The notes: generated by a model from the letters alone, not told the origin. Positions 27,056 to 36,090 are shown, counted from the first letter of the stretch. The stretch: DNA of 64,000 nucleotides from Candidatus Latescibacterota bacterium (GCA_965215195.1 CBDCDC010000002.1:2208001-2272000), one strand, 5' to 3'. Made by a program: numbers and translations.

Positions 27056-29662
27056 ATGGCGGGAACTGCGAAACGCATCTGCAAGATCGCCCTACTCTTA
27101 TGGGCTATCAACGGCGGCTCGGCCGCGGCCCAAATCGGGCTACTAGCCTCCCCAGGCACGGCGGCCCTCAACCCGGCGGTGCGCCGCTGGTACGTGCCCC
27201 AAGAGCTGGTCGCCGAACACCACTGGCGGCAGTGGAGCGCGACCAACTACGCACGCGCTCCCTATCAGCGGTACGTCAGTACCAACATCGAGGGGGATTA
27301 CTTCTACGACGCCTTTGGCAACTTCCTCAATCAAGGCTGGCTGATCTACAACGTATCCCAGTCCAACCCCGAGGAATTCGGCACCGTATTGTTCGAGGCC
27401 GAGCACTTCCGCAACTGGTTTTCCGAGGTCGCCGTGGCCTCCGAGCACAAGGGGCAATACGCGTACGCCCTGACCATCAGCAGCGACCTACGCACCACCC
27501 TAACGCCCATGGTGCTGTCCAAACCGCGCCTCGACGGCGTACAGTTCGACTTTGCCATGGATAAGTACCGGGGCACGTTCCTCTACGCACAGGCCAGTGC
27601 TCCGCGCGGCATCACCAATCAGGAGCTGCGCCGCACCAATTCCACCACCCTGATCGGGGGACGCCTTGAGGTGCAAATCGGGGATTTCGTCGAGCTCGGC
27701 GTCCACAGCGCCAACGCCCACCAAGCCAATTCCCTCTCGGAAGAGGCCCTGTTGAGCAATTGGGTGACCGGGTCGCTGACCCAAGGCCAAAACCGCACCA
27801 TCTCCCGCATCGAAATCGCGCTGCGGGACGACTCGCCCGACGACGGCGTGGGCGGCGCAGCGTATTTCCCGGCCGGCTCGGACATCTTCATCACCTATCG
27901 GGATGGCCGCGTGGATTCGGGCCGCGAGATCCGCTTTGAACCCGTGGTGGAGGGCGGCGCACCCAAGCCGGGCTATATTGAGGCCAACGGCAACGACGAA
28001 ATACGCCTGCGCTACGACTTTGACAGCGCGAGTTTCATCAACCGGGCTGCGGCCGACAAGACTGAGATCGTCAAAGTGGAATTCCGGCTGGTGGTAGCCA
28101 ACGACTATCAGGTCTGGATGACTTCCGACCAGCAGACCAGCGGTGGCGAGCCCGTGTTCCTGCTGGTGACGCAAGCACCGGGCAACATTGAGGACTTGTC
28201 CAATTTGCGCGTCATCAGCTTTGAGGCCGGGCTGCCGACAGCCACCCACCTCCTCGGCGGTACGGTGACGGCCACCGACGTGCTGGGCTTCGACCTGTAC
28301 GGCGAGTACGATCTCAATTGGAACTACCGCAAATATCCCAACATCCTCGTCGAAGAACACCAGACCTCAGCCGGCATTGTCGGCGCGCGCAGCGCACCAG
28401 CCTATATGCTCAATCTGTCGCGCCAGTGGTCCCGCTTCTTCCTCTACGGCGAAGCCTATCACATGGACCCGCGCTACAACACCCAAACTTTCGTCACCCG
28501 CGACGACGGCAGCATCGACTACCAAAACGACCGCAGCCTCCTAGATCTCGTGGAAGACAACGACGATCAAGACCGGGTGCCAGACGCCTTTCGCGCCGAC
28601 TGGGCCTTTCCCGACCGCCAAGTCTTTCCGGGCTGGGATCAGAACAACGACTTCGTGCCCGACATCAACCAAAACGACAGCCGAGAGCGCTCCAACTCGA
28701 TCCCGGACTACGAAGAGCCTTTCCTGCGCTTTGCGGCCGATCGGCCCGAATTCCTCTTCGGCGTCGACATGAACAACAACTTCTGGACCGACCAATACGA
28801 AAACGACCAAGAGCCGGATTACCCCTACAAGCGCGACCACCAAGGCTACAACGCATACGTCGGCACGTACTTGACTCCGCAGCTAAAGATAATCGCCGGC
28901 CTCCTGCGCGAGGACCGCATCTCTTCCAATGAGAAAAACCACAGCGCGTACGCACTCCTGCGCTACGACCGGAGCTGGCCGCGCTACGGCGATCTGCGCC
29001 TCTTCGGCATGACCAAGCGCGTGGAGGACGACATCGCCGACCCGCTCTTGCAGTGGGCACCCGACAACACCCTGCGCCTCGGCACCTTGACCGAGATCGA
29101 CGATCCGCTGCTGGCCCGCGATACTTGGATCAACCAGCTCTTCCTCGGCCACAAGGTGCGCGCCTTTGCCCTGCACCTCCAGAGCAAGGTCAACTACGCG
29201 GTCTTTCACCAGCTCATGGACGCCGAGCGCCGGCAGCGCTGGGGTTTAGCCGAGACGGATTTTTTCTTCGGGATGATCAACAAGGCCCACTATCGCCATG
29301 CGCTCGGCCCCCTCTATTTAGAGCCGCGCTGGAAGAGCGAATTCATCAAGCAGAGCCGCGACCTGTTCACGGACGAGCGCCGCACGACCCTCGCGGAACT
29401 CTTCTCGCTGTTGGCCGGCACTGATGTCCTAGAGATCACCAAACTACAAGCGGGCCTAGAGTACCTGATCTTCGACGATTTCGCCGCGGACGCCAACGAC
29501 TTCACGGCCCTGACCGGCGGCATTCAGTTCAAGAACGAATCGGCCTACCAAGGCTACAAGCTGCAGACCGTGATCGGGCTGGTGCTAGAGCGCAAGAACT
29601 TTAAGGACGCTCCATCGCGCACCGAGACCCAATCTTTCATCGCCATTTACGCAGGGATTTAA
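27056..29662 (+). CDS. Putative outer-membrane beta-barrel-like protein with acidic repeats (paralog of 18297-20960)
   Basis: Collinear with the 887-aa protein (PAVRRWYVPQEL, FPGWDQNNDFVPDINQND, LEPRWKSEF); ends FIAIYAGI. Confidence 0.6.
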   Translation: MAGTAKRICKIALLLWAINGGSAAAQIGLLASPGTAALNPAVRRWYVPQELVAEHHWRQWSATNYARAPYQRYVSTNIEGDYFYDAFGNFLNQGWLIYNVSQSNPEEFGTVLFEAEHFRNWFSEVAVASEHKGQYAYALTISSDLRTTLTPMVLSKPRLDGVQFDFAMDKYRGTFLYAQASAPRGITNQELRRTNSTTLIGGRLEVQIGDFVELGVHSANAHQANSLSEEALLSNWVTGSLTQGQNRTISRIEIALRDDSPDDGVGGAAYFPAGSDIFITYRDGRVDSGREIRFEPVVEGGAPKPGYIEANGNDEIRLRYDFDSASFINRAAADKTEIVKVEFRLVVANDYQVWMTSDQQTSGGEPVFLLVTQAPGNIEDLSNLRVISFEAGLPTATHLLGGTVTATDVLGFDLYGEYDLNWNYRKYPNILVEEHQTSAGIVGARSAPAYMLNLSRQWSRFFLYGEAYHMDPRYNTQTFVTRDDGSIDYQNDRSLLDLVEDNDDQDRVPDAFRADWAFPDRQVFPGWDQNNDFVPDINQNDSRERSNSIPDYEEPFLRFAADRPEFLFGVDMNNNFWTDQYENDQEPDYPYKRDHQGYNAYVGTYLTPQLKIIAGLLREDRISSNEKNHSAYALLRYDRSWPRYGDLRLFGMTKRVEDDIADPLLQWAPDNTLRLGTLTEIDDPLLARDTWINQLFLGHKVRAFALHLQSKVNYAVFHQLMDAERRQRWGLAETDFFFGMINKAHYRHALGPLYLEPRWKSEFIKQSRDLFTDERRTTLAELFSLLAGTDVLEITKLQAGLEYLIFDDFAADANDFTALTGGIQFKNESAYQGYKLQTVIGLVLERKNFKDAPSRTETQSFIAIYAGI

Positions 29663-29665
29663 GCC

Positions 29666-29695
29666 TTGACGTACGCTTTTTTAGGCGCGTATATT
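29666..29695 (+). promoter_or_regulatory. Sigma70-like promoter (second copy at 30877-30905)
   Basis: TTGACG-18 bp-TATATT; duplicate has TTGACA-17 bp-GATATT. Confidence 0.6.
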
Positions 29696-29791
29696 GAATT
29701 TTTATTTTGTTGCGGAACCGCAGAAGACAGCCGAGTTGCCGCATCTTCTCTCTTCTTTATTTCACCCCTATCTCGTGGAGGTAGCTTCACC

Positions 29792-30685
29792 ATGAAAAAG
29801 TCTCTCACCATCGCCTTGGCCTCGTTGGGCCTTGTGGTCGCGGCCCAAGCCCACGAGCCCCCTGGCGATCTGTTAGTCGCTGTGAATTTCCCCGATGCCA
29901 ACGTACCCGTCATCGACGGCAACGCCGACGAGTGGGCACCCGTGCCCCTCGACGCGTACGGGATTTTCAGCGAGTCCTTGTTCTCGATCCACGGCTTTGC
30001 CGGCGAGAACGTCGACCGCGGCGGGCTGGACGCCAGTTCCATGCAGATCCGCCACATCGTCGGGTGGAATGACGCGACCAACAACGTGTACATCACCAGC
30101 CGCGTCTTCGACGACATTCACATCACTCAGCGTCAAGATCCGGGCAAGTTCTTCTGGGATGACAGCGTCGAGTACGAGCTCAACGCTGCACACCAAGCTC
30201 GCGACGACCTCAATCCCGGCGACGATGCCACCAGCTTCAGCTACAAGTTTGCCTTCCCGGTCTATCAGGAGACCTTTGAGTGGTATCGCCCGATCCTCAA
30301 CCTGCCGTGGATGACCAGTGGCTCGCAGTATATCGAGATCGCCCACAGCTTCACGGGCGACGAGTTCGGCGAGAGCACGTACGACTACGAGCTGCGCATC
30401 CTGCCGATCGAGCGAATGCCGCGCTCGGATGAGGCCACCGAGGACCAGGTCGAAATCCACGACCTGACCGAAGGCGGCGTCATCCACATCACCCTGACGG
30501 TCAACGATGTCGATGGCGGCGATGGCGATGGCGACAACCGCATCGGCATGTGGAGCACCAATCCCATTTCGTGCTGCCACGCTGCCCAAGACTTGCTGCT
30601 AACCCCGGCCGATCCCAACATCGACTGGGGCACGGCCACGTCTGTCGAGGCCAGTAGCTGGGGCCGGATCAAGTCCCAGTTCTAG
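29792..30685 (+). CDS. Secreted CBM9/DOMON-like acidic protein, copy A, with C-terminal xVEASSWGRIK motif
   Basis: GGAGGT RBS; signal peptide MKKSLTIALASLGLVVAAQA; PVIDGNADEW, VGWND...YITSRVFDD, WDDSVE. Confidence 0.7.
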   Translation: MKKSLTIALASLGLVVAAQAHEPPGDLLVAVNFPDANVPVIDGNADEWAPVPLDAYGIFSESLFSIHGFAGENVDRGGLDASSMQIRHIVGWNDATNNVYITSRVFDDIHITQRQDPGKFFWDDSVEYELNAAHQARDDLNPGDDATSFSYKFAFPVYQETFEWYRPILNLPWMTSGSQYIEIAHSFTGDEFGESTYDYELRILPIERMPRSDEATEDQVEIHDLTEGGVIHITLTVNDVDGGDGDGDNRIGMWSTNPISCCHAAQDLLLTPADPNIDWGTATSVEASSWGRIKSQF

Positions 30686-30713
30686 GCTGTTTCAGCTCAA
30701 TCGCAGTACCATT

Positions 30714-30756
30714 CCGGGCAGGTCTCGCCTCAGTGCGGGGCCTGCCCGAATTTTTA
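30714..30756 (+). terminator. Intrinsic terminator
   Basis: CGGGCAGG...CCTGCCCG stem followed by AA and a T run. Confidence 0.8.
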
Positions 30757-30996
30757 GAAGGCTATATGCTCACCTAGAAACAGGTCAATTTCTGCCGATA
30801 AAATGGCTTTCTCGTCGTCCAGAACGAGGACGCCCATCCGCACCGAGCCATCGCCATGTACGCGGGGATTTAAGCCTTGACATACGCTTTTTCAGGTGTG
30901 ATATTAGCCGCCTTCATTTCGTTGCGGAACCGAGAAGATACCGGGTCGCCGCATCTTTTTTCTTCCCTAACCCTATTTCGTGGAGGTAGCTTTACT

Positions 30997-31890
30997 ATGA
31001 AAAAGTTCCTCACCACTGTCCTTGCCTCCTTGGGCCTTGTAGTTGCCGCTCAGGCCCATGAGCCGCCTGGTGAGTTGTTAGTCGCCGTGAACTTTCCCGA
31101 TGCCAACGTGCCCGTCATCGACGGCAACCCCAGCGAGTGGGGGCCCGTGCCTTTGGATCAGTACGGGATTTTTAGCGAGAGTCTGTTTTCGCTTGAAGGT
31201 TTTGCCGGCGATAACGTTGATCGCGGCGCCCTTGACGCCAGTTCACTCCAAGTTCGCCACATCGTCGGTTGGAACGATGGGACCAACAACCTCTATGCCA
31301 CCACCCGCATCTTCGACGACAGACACGTCACCCAGCGTCAGGACCCCGGCAAGTTCTTCTGGGATGACAGCGTCGAGTACGAAGTCAACGCTCAGCATCA
31401 GGCCTCCGAGGACCAAAACCAAGGCGACGATGCCACCAACTTTAGCTATAAGTTCGCCTTCCCGGTTTATCAGGAGACCTTCGAGTGGTATCGCCCCAAC
31501 CGCAACCTGACCTGGCTGACCAGCGGCTCGCAGTGGATCGAGATCGCCCACAGCTTCACGGGCGACGAGTTCGGTGAGAGCACGTACGACTACGAGATCC
31601 GCATCCTGCCGATCGAGCGGATGCCAAAATCGGAGGAGGCCACTGAGGACCAAGTTGAGATCCACGACTTGGTCGAAGGCAGCGTCATTCACTTCACGTT
31701 GACGATCAACGAAGTCGATGGCGGCGAAGGCGAAGGCGATAACCGCATCGGCCAGTGGAGCACCCAATCGATCGGGTGCTGCCGCGCGCTCAACGACCTG
31801 CTGCTAACCCCGGCTGACCCCAACATCGACTGGGGCACGGCCACGGCCGTCGAGGCGAGTAGCTGGGGCCGGATCAAGTCCCAGTTCTAA
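30997..31890 (+). CDS. Secreted CBM9/DOMON-like acidic protein, copy B
   Basis: Same length as and closely similar to 29792-30685; ends TAVEASSWGRIKSQF. Confidence 0.7.
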   Translation: MKKFLTTVLASLGLVVAAQAHEPPGELLVAVNFPDANVPVIDGNPSEWGPVPLDQYGIFSESLFSLEGFAGDNVDRGALDASSLQVRHIVGWNDGTNNLYATTRIFDDRHVTQRQDPGKFFWDDSVEYEVNAQHQASEDQNQGDDATNFSYKFAFPVYQETFEWYRPNRNLTWLTSGSQWIEIAHSFTGDEFGESTYDYEIRILPIERMPKSEEATEDQVEIHDLVEGSVIHFTLTINEVDGGEGEGDNRIGQWSTQSIGCCRALNDLLLTPADPNIDWGTATAVEASSWGRIKSQF

Positions 31891-31917
31891 GATTCTCTCT
31901 TTTTTAGTTGTCGCTAT

Positions 31918-31953
31918 TCGGGCAGGCTTTGCTACGTGCGAGGCCTGCCCAAA
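31918..31953 (+). terminator. Degenerate terminator-like hairpin (duplicate of 30714-30756, T tract lost)
   Basis: GGGCAGGC...GCCTGCCC stem. Confidence 0.5.
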
Positions 31954-31971
31954 TGCTACGTAGGAGATTGT

Positions 31972-32838
31972 ATGATCACCCAAGAACAGATTGATTTCTA
32001 CCGCGCAAATGGCTATCTCGTGGTTGAGGACGTGTTGCGCCCAGACGAGTTGGAGGAGGCGTACGCCATTGTCGATGACTTCATCGAGCAGGCGCGGCAC
32101 GTCTCCGAGCAGAGCGGGCACTTCGACCTAGAGCCGGACCACACCCCGGAAAACCCCAAAGTGCGCCGCTTGAGTGCGCCGGCGAGTTATCACCCCTTCT
32201 TCGACAGCTTGATGCGCGACAGCCGCATCCTAGACCTCTTGACCCCCCTGATCGGCCCGGCCATCCGCGCCCAAGGCGACAAGCTCAACATGAAGCCGGC
32301 CGACGGCGGCAGCCCGGTCGAGTGGCACCAAGACTTTGCCCATTATCCGCACACCAACGACGATTTGTGCGCCGTGGGCATTGCCCTAGACGACGCCACG
32401 CGAGAAAACGGCTGCATGATGGTAGTGCCCGGCTCCCACAAAGGCCCGATCCTCGACCACCACCAAGACGGCTACTTCATCGGGGCCATCAGTCCCGGCC
32501 GCGACTACATCGACCTCACGTCGGCCGTACCCCTAGAAATGAAGGCCGGTTCGCTCTCCATCCACCACGCCCGCACCTTGCACGGCTCGGCACTCAACCG
32601 CTCGGGTAGGTCCCGGCGACTCTTGCTGTATCAGTACGCGGCCGTGGATGCTTGGCCTCTCAGCGGAGTGAGCAATTGGGATGCTTTTAACGCCAACATT
32701 CTGCGCGGCGCACCCACCTTTGATTTTCGCCTCGCGTCGCTGACGGCTCGCACGCGCCTGCCAGCCGGGGCGCGCAGCGGCGGCGGCATCTACGAGCTGC
32801 AAAAGCCGCTGCAAGAAAAAGTATTCGCCACCGGCTAG
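31972..32838 (+). CDS. Phytanoyl-CoA dioxygenase (PhyH) family protein
   Basis: FYRANGYLVV, KLNMK, EWHQD, ENGCMMVVPGSHK, HHARTLHGS, RR. Confidence 0.92.
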   Translation: MITQEQIDFYRANGYLVVEDVLRPDELEEAYAIVDDFIEQARHVSEQSGHFDLEPDHTPENPKVRRLSAPASYHPFFDSLMRDSRILDLLTPLIGPAIRAQGDKLNMKPADGGSPVEWHQDFAHYPHTNDDLCAVGIALDDATRENGCMMVVPGSHKGPILDHHQDGYFIGAISPGRDYIDLTSAVPLEMKAGSLSIHHARTLHGSALNRSGRSRRLLLYQYAAVDAWPLSGVSNWDAFNANILRGAPTFDFRLASLTARTRLPAGARSGGGIYELQKPLQEKVFATG

Positions 32839-32846
32839 GAGCTGCA

Positions 32847-34133
32847 TTGCCCGTACTCCGCATCGGGATCATTGCCGCGCTAGCCGTTGGGGCACTCTGG
32901 GGCGTCCTCTCCATTCACTGGTACCCGGCCGAAGAAGTGCTGACCATGTGGGTATATGGCTCGCCGCAAGAGGCCGAGCTGTACCGCCATGTCGCCGCCG
33001 AGTATCGCCAACAGCACCCGGAAGTTCGCCTGCGTTTAGAGGTCGTGCCCGGCCGCAGCGTCGTGCAAAAGCTGCTGACGGGCATGGACGCCGGGCACGC
33101 CCCAGACATCTGCGTATTGCACTGGCGGCAGATGCCCCAAGTAGCTAGCACTGGGCAGCTTTTGCCGCTCGACGACTTGGTGCGGCGCGACCAGCTCGAC
33201 ACCAGCGACTACTATCCAGTGGGCCTGCAAGGGTACACCTACCACGGCACCCTCTACGGCCTCCCCGTCAAAGGCAGCACCATCACCTGCTTTTACAACA
33301 AGAACCTCTTCGACCGCTACGGCATCAGCTATCCCACCGACGACTGGACGCTCGACGACTTCCTAGCCAAGGCCAAGGCCCTGACCATCGACGCAGACCA
33401 AGACGGCCTGCCGGACATCTACGGCTGCACCCCGTACGACATTGCCAGCTACGTGTGGAGCATGGGCGGCGACTTCCTCCGGCTGGAAAACGGGCGCTAC
33501 GTCTCCAACCTCGACGATCCGCGAGTGGCCCAAGCGGTGCAGTTCTACGTTGATCTCTACTTTAAGCACAAGGTCAGCCCCCCCCGGCCCGGGGTGCGCA
33601 GCGACAATGCCATGAGCACCTTCACCTTTGAGGCCGGGCGCATCGCCATCGGCATCATGGGCCCGTGGATGCTGCCGACTTTTCAGCTCTTGGACCGCTT
33701 CGAGTGGGACGCGGCGCTCTTTCCCGAGGGGCCGGCCGGTCGGCAGACGCGCTACGCCAGCGTCGGTTTTACCATCTGGCAGGGTACGCGCGAGCCAGAA
33801 GTGGCCTGGGACGTACTCAAGCACATGGTCTCGGCCGAGGCCACGACCAAGATGGCCAAGTTGGGCAGCGACCTGCCGCCGCAGCGCTCGGTGGCCCGCA
33901 AGACCTATCCCCGGGCGTCAACTCCCTACGAGGAAGAGGTCTTCGTGCGCTCAATGGACTACGAGGTCCGGCTCTTCCCGCAAGAATTGTGGTGGGAGGA
34001 TCTCTACCGCCGGATGCTCGACGAGCTCGACGCCGCCCTCACCGGCCGCGAGAGCGTGGCCGAAGCCCTCGCCGAAGCCCACCAAGTGACCAATGCCTAT
34101 CTCCAGCGCATGTACGCCGAAGAAACTCCCTGA
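32847..34133 (+). CDS. Carbohydrate ABC transporter substrate-binding protein
   Basis: GHAPDI, LLPLDD, YGLP...FYNKNLFD..GISYP..DWT, FEAGRIA, GPW. Confidence 0.9.
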   Translation: MPVLRIGIIAALAVGALWGVLSIHWYPAEEVLTMWVYGSPQEAELYRHVAAEYRQQHPEVRLRLEVVPGRSVVQKLLTGMDAGHAPDICVLHWRQMPQVASTGQLLPLDDLVRRDQLDTSDYYPVGLQGYTYHGTLYGLPVKGSTITCFYNKNLFDRYGISYPTDDWTLDDFLAKAKALTIDADQDGLPDIYGCTPYDIASYVWSMGGDFLRLENGRYVSNLDDPRVAQAVQFYVDLYFKHKVSPPRPGVRSDNAMSTFTFEAGRIAIGIMGPWMLPTFQLLDRFEWDAALFPEGPAGRQTRYASVGFTIWQGTREPEVAWDVLKHMVSAEATTKMAKLGSDLPPQRSVARKTYPRASTPYEEEVFVRSMDYEVRLFPQELWWEDLYRRMLDELDAALTGRESVAEALAEAHQVTNAYLQRMYAEETP

Positions 34134-35077
34134 TGAAGAAGCAAAACAAAGCCGCGTTCTTCTTTCTGCTGCCCAATTTCGTCGGCTTTCTCATCTTCGC
34201 GCTCGGGCCGGTCGTAGTGGCTGCGGGCATGGGCTTTTACCGCTATCAGCTCGCCTCGGGCGCACCCGTCTTCATCGGCCTGGACAACTTTGCGGATCTC
34301 GTGCTCTTCAAAAAGATCGACGGCGAGTGGGTGGCGCACGACCCGTACTTCTGGAAGTACCTCGGCAACACGCTCTTTTTGATGCTCAACATCCCGCTCG
34401 CCATGGTCGGCTCCCTGCTGTTGGCCGTGCTGTTAAACAAAGAACTGCCCGGCCGCATCTTCTTCCGCACCCTGTTCTTTATTCCACACCTGTGTACGGG
34501 CATCGCCATCTACATGGTCTGGAAGATGCTCCTGACCTACGAACCCAACGTCGGCATCGTCAACGGGCTGTTGTGGCAAGTCTTTGGCGTTTTGGGCATC
34601 GCGCCCGAGCGGGCGGCCGCGCTCCTGCCGGGATGGCTAATTGACGCGGCTTGGGCCAAGCCCGCGTTGATCATCATGTTCATCTGGGCCAGCGTCGGCG
34701 GCTACAACATGGTTCTCTACTTGGCCGGCTTGCAAAACATTCCGCTCGAGCTCTACGAGGCCGCTGAAATGGACGGGGCCGGCTGGTGGTCGCAGCTCGT
34801 CCACATCACCGTGCCCCAGCTAGCACCCACGACCTTTTTCATCCTCGTCACCAGCGTAATCGGCGGCCTGCAAGGCGGCTTTGAGGCCGCTTATGTAATG
34901 ACCGGGGGCGGCCCCGAGGGCTCGACGACCACCATGAGTTACTACATCTACACCCAAGCTTACGAGCAGCTAGAAGTAGGGTACGCAGCCGCGATTTCCA
35001 TGGTGCTCTTCGCGCTGATTTTCGCGGCGACCTTGCTCAACTGGCGCTACGGCGGCAAGCGGCTGGAGGCCGTCTAA
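34133..35077 (+). CDS. Carbohydrate ABC transporter permease (MalF/UgpA-like)
   Basis: FIGLDNF, LAGLQNIPLELYEAAEMDGA (EAA loop), MTGGGP; start overlaps the SBP stop (TGATG). Confidence 0.92.
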   Translation: MKKQNKAAFFFLLPNFVGFLIFALGPVVVAAGMGFYRYQLASGAPVFIGLDNFADLVLFKKIDGEWVAHDPYFWKYLGNTLFLMLNIPLAMVGSLLLAVLLNKELPGRIFFRTLFFIPHLCTGIAIYMVWKMLLTYEPNVGIVNGLLWQVFGVLGIAPERAAALLPGWLIDAAWAKPALIIMFIWASVGGYNMVLYLAGLQNIPLELYEAAEMDGAGWWSQLVHITVPQLAPTTFFILVTSVIGGLQGGFEAAYVMTGGGPEGSTTTMSYYIYTQAYEQLEVGYAAAISMVLFALIFAATLLNWRYGGKRLEAV

Positions 35078-35979
35078 TGGCGCGCTGGCGTCAGTACCAA
35101 TCAACCGCCTTGATCTATGCGATCTTGCTACTCGTGCTCAGCGGCATGGTGGTGCCGCTGGTGTGGACCCTGCTCACCTCCTTCAAGTACAACGTCGATG
35201 TGACGCTCGGGTGGATTCCGCCGCGCTGGACCACGGACAATTACGCCGGCGTGTTCCGCGCCTTTTCCTTCCTCCGCTACTACGCCAACTCCCTGCTCAT
35301 CGCCACCGCGGTCACCGCGGTCCAAGTTGCCACTAGTGCGCTGGCGGCGTACGCCTTTGCCCGCTTGCAGTTCCGGGGCCGCGACGTGCTCTTTTTAGGC
35401 TACTTATCGACGATGATGATTCCGGCCGATGTGCTGATGATCCCGCAATTCGTGCTGATGAAGAAAATTCCCGAATGGCTAAACGCGGTGTTAGCAACGG
35501 ATTTTTTCAGCGGTTTCCTCTACTTAGGGGGGCACTATATCGGCCATCCAGTGGGGCTAGACAGCTTTTTCGCGCTCATCGCACCGGGATGTTTCAGTGC
35601 CTATGGGACATTCATGCTGCGGCAGTTTTTGCTGGGCATTTCGCACGAGATCGAGGAGGCTGCCCTCATCGACGGATGCTCGGCGTGGGGCGTATTTTGG
35701 CACGTGGTGGTGCCGCTGGCCAAGCCGGCGCTGGGGGCCTTGGCGATTTTTACCTTCCTCGGGCGTTGGCGGGCCTTTCTTTGGCCGCTGATTATGACGG
35801 ATTCGGATTCCATGATGGTGCTGCCGGTGGGGTTGGCCAAGCTATCGGACCTGTACGTCAACGACTACGGGCTGATTTGCGCGGGGTCGGTGTTGATGCT
35901 CGTGCCGATGATCGCGGTTTTCGTCTTTTTTCAGCGCTGGTTTATCAGCGGGATTCAGCTAGGGGCGGTGAAGGGGTGA
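35077..35979 (+). CDS. Carbohydrate ABC transporter permease (MalG/UgpE-like)
   Basis: AAYAFARLQFRG, EIEEAALIDGCS, FLWPLI, ends GAVKG. Confidence 0.92.
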   Translation: MARWRQYQSTALIYAILLLVLSGMVVPLVWTLLTSFKYNVDVTLGWIPPRWTTDNYAGVFRAFSFLRYYANSLLIATAVTAVQVATSALAAYAFARLQFRGRDVLFLGYLSTMMIPADVLMIPQFVLMKKIPEWLNAVLATDFFSGFLYLGGHYIGHPVGLDSFFALIAPGCFSAYGTFMLRQFLLGISHEIEEAALIDGCSAWGVFWHVVVPLAKPALGALAIFTFLGRWRAFLWPLIMTDSDSMMVLPVGLAKLSDLYVNDYGLICAGSVLMLVPMIAVFVFFQRWFISGIQLGAVKG

Positions 35980-36007
35980 CTACGCGGTAAAACGCCCTGA
36001 TTTGTAG

Positions 36008-36090
36008 CTTTCCGACCTCCTAGCCGGGTGAAGAAGGATAACCTGCACGGGGAAATCGACACCGGGGCCGCGGAGGGCAAAGAAATGTAG
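36008..36090 (+). pseudogene. mazE: C-terminal stub of an AbrB/MazE antitoxin, frameshifted
   Basis: LSDLLAG / KKDNLHGEIDTGAAEGKEM* matches the MazE C-terminal pattern LxxLLxxxTxENxHxExDxGxxxGxE. Confidence 0.65.

Larger units (their letters stand above)
29641..31955 (+). repeat. Diverged tandem duplication (about 1.2-kb unit: barrel 3' tail, promoter, 5'UTR, CDS, terminator)
   Basis: CGCCATTTACGCAGGGATTTAAGCCTTGAC (29641) recurs as CGCCATGTACGCGGGGATTTAAGCCTTGAC (30852); UTRs, CDSs and terminator stems all align. Confidence 0.9.

Noticed and set aside
29709-29760. Known riboswitch (c-di-GMP, SAM, TPP, cobalamin) in the duplicated leader
   Set aside because: Consensus nucleotides of these classes were not found; reported only as a conserved hairpin
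33665-34132. Apparent 156-aa N-terminal extension on the sugar permease
   Set aside because: It overlaps the binding-protein gene in another frame; the coupled ATG at 34133 gives a normal permease
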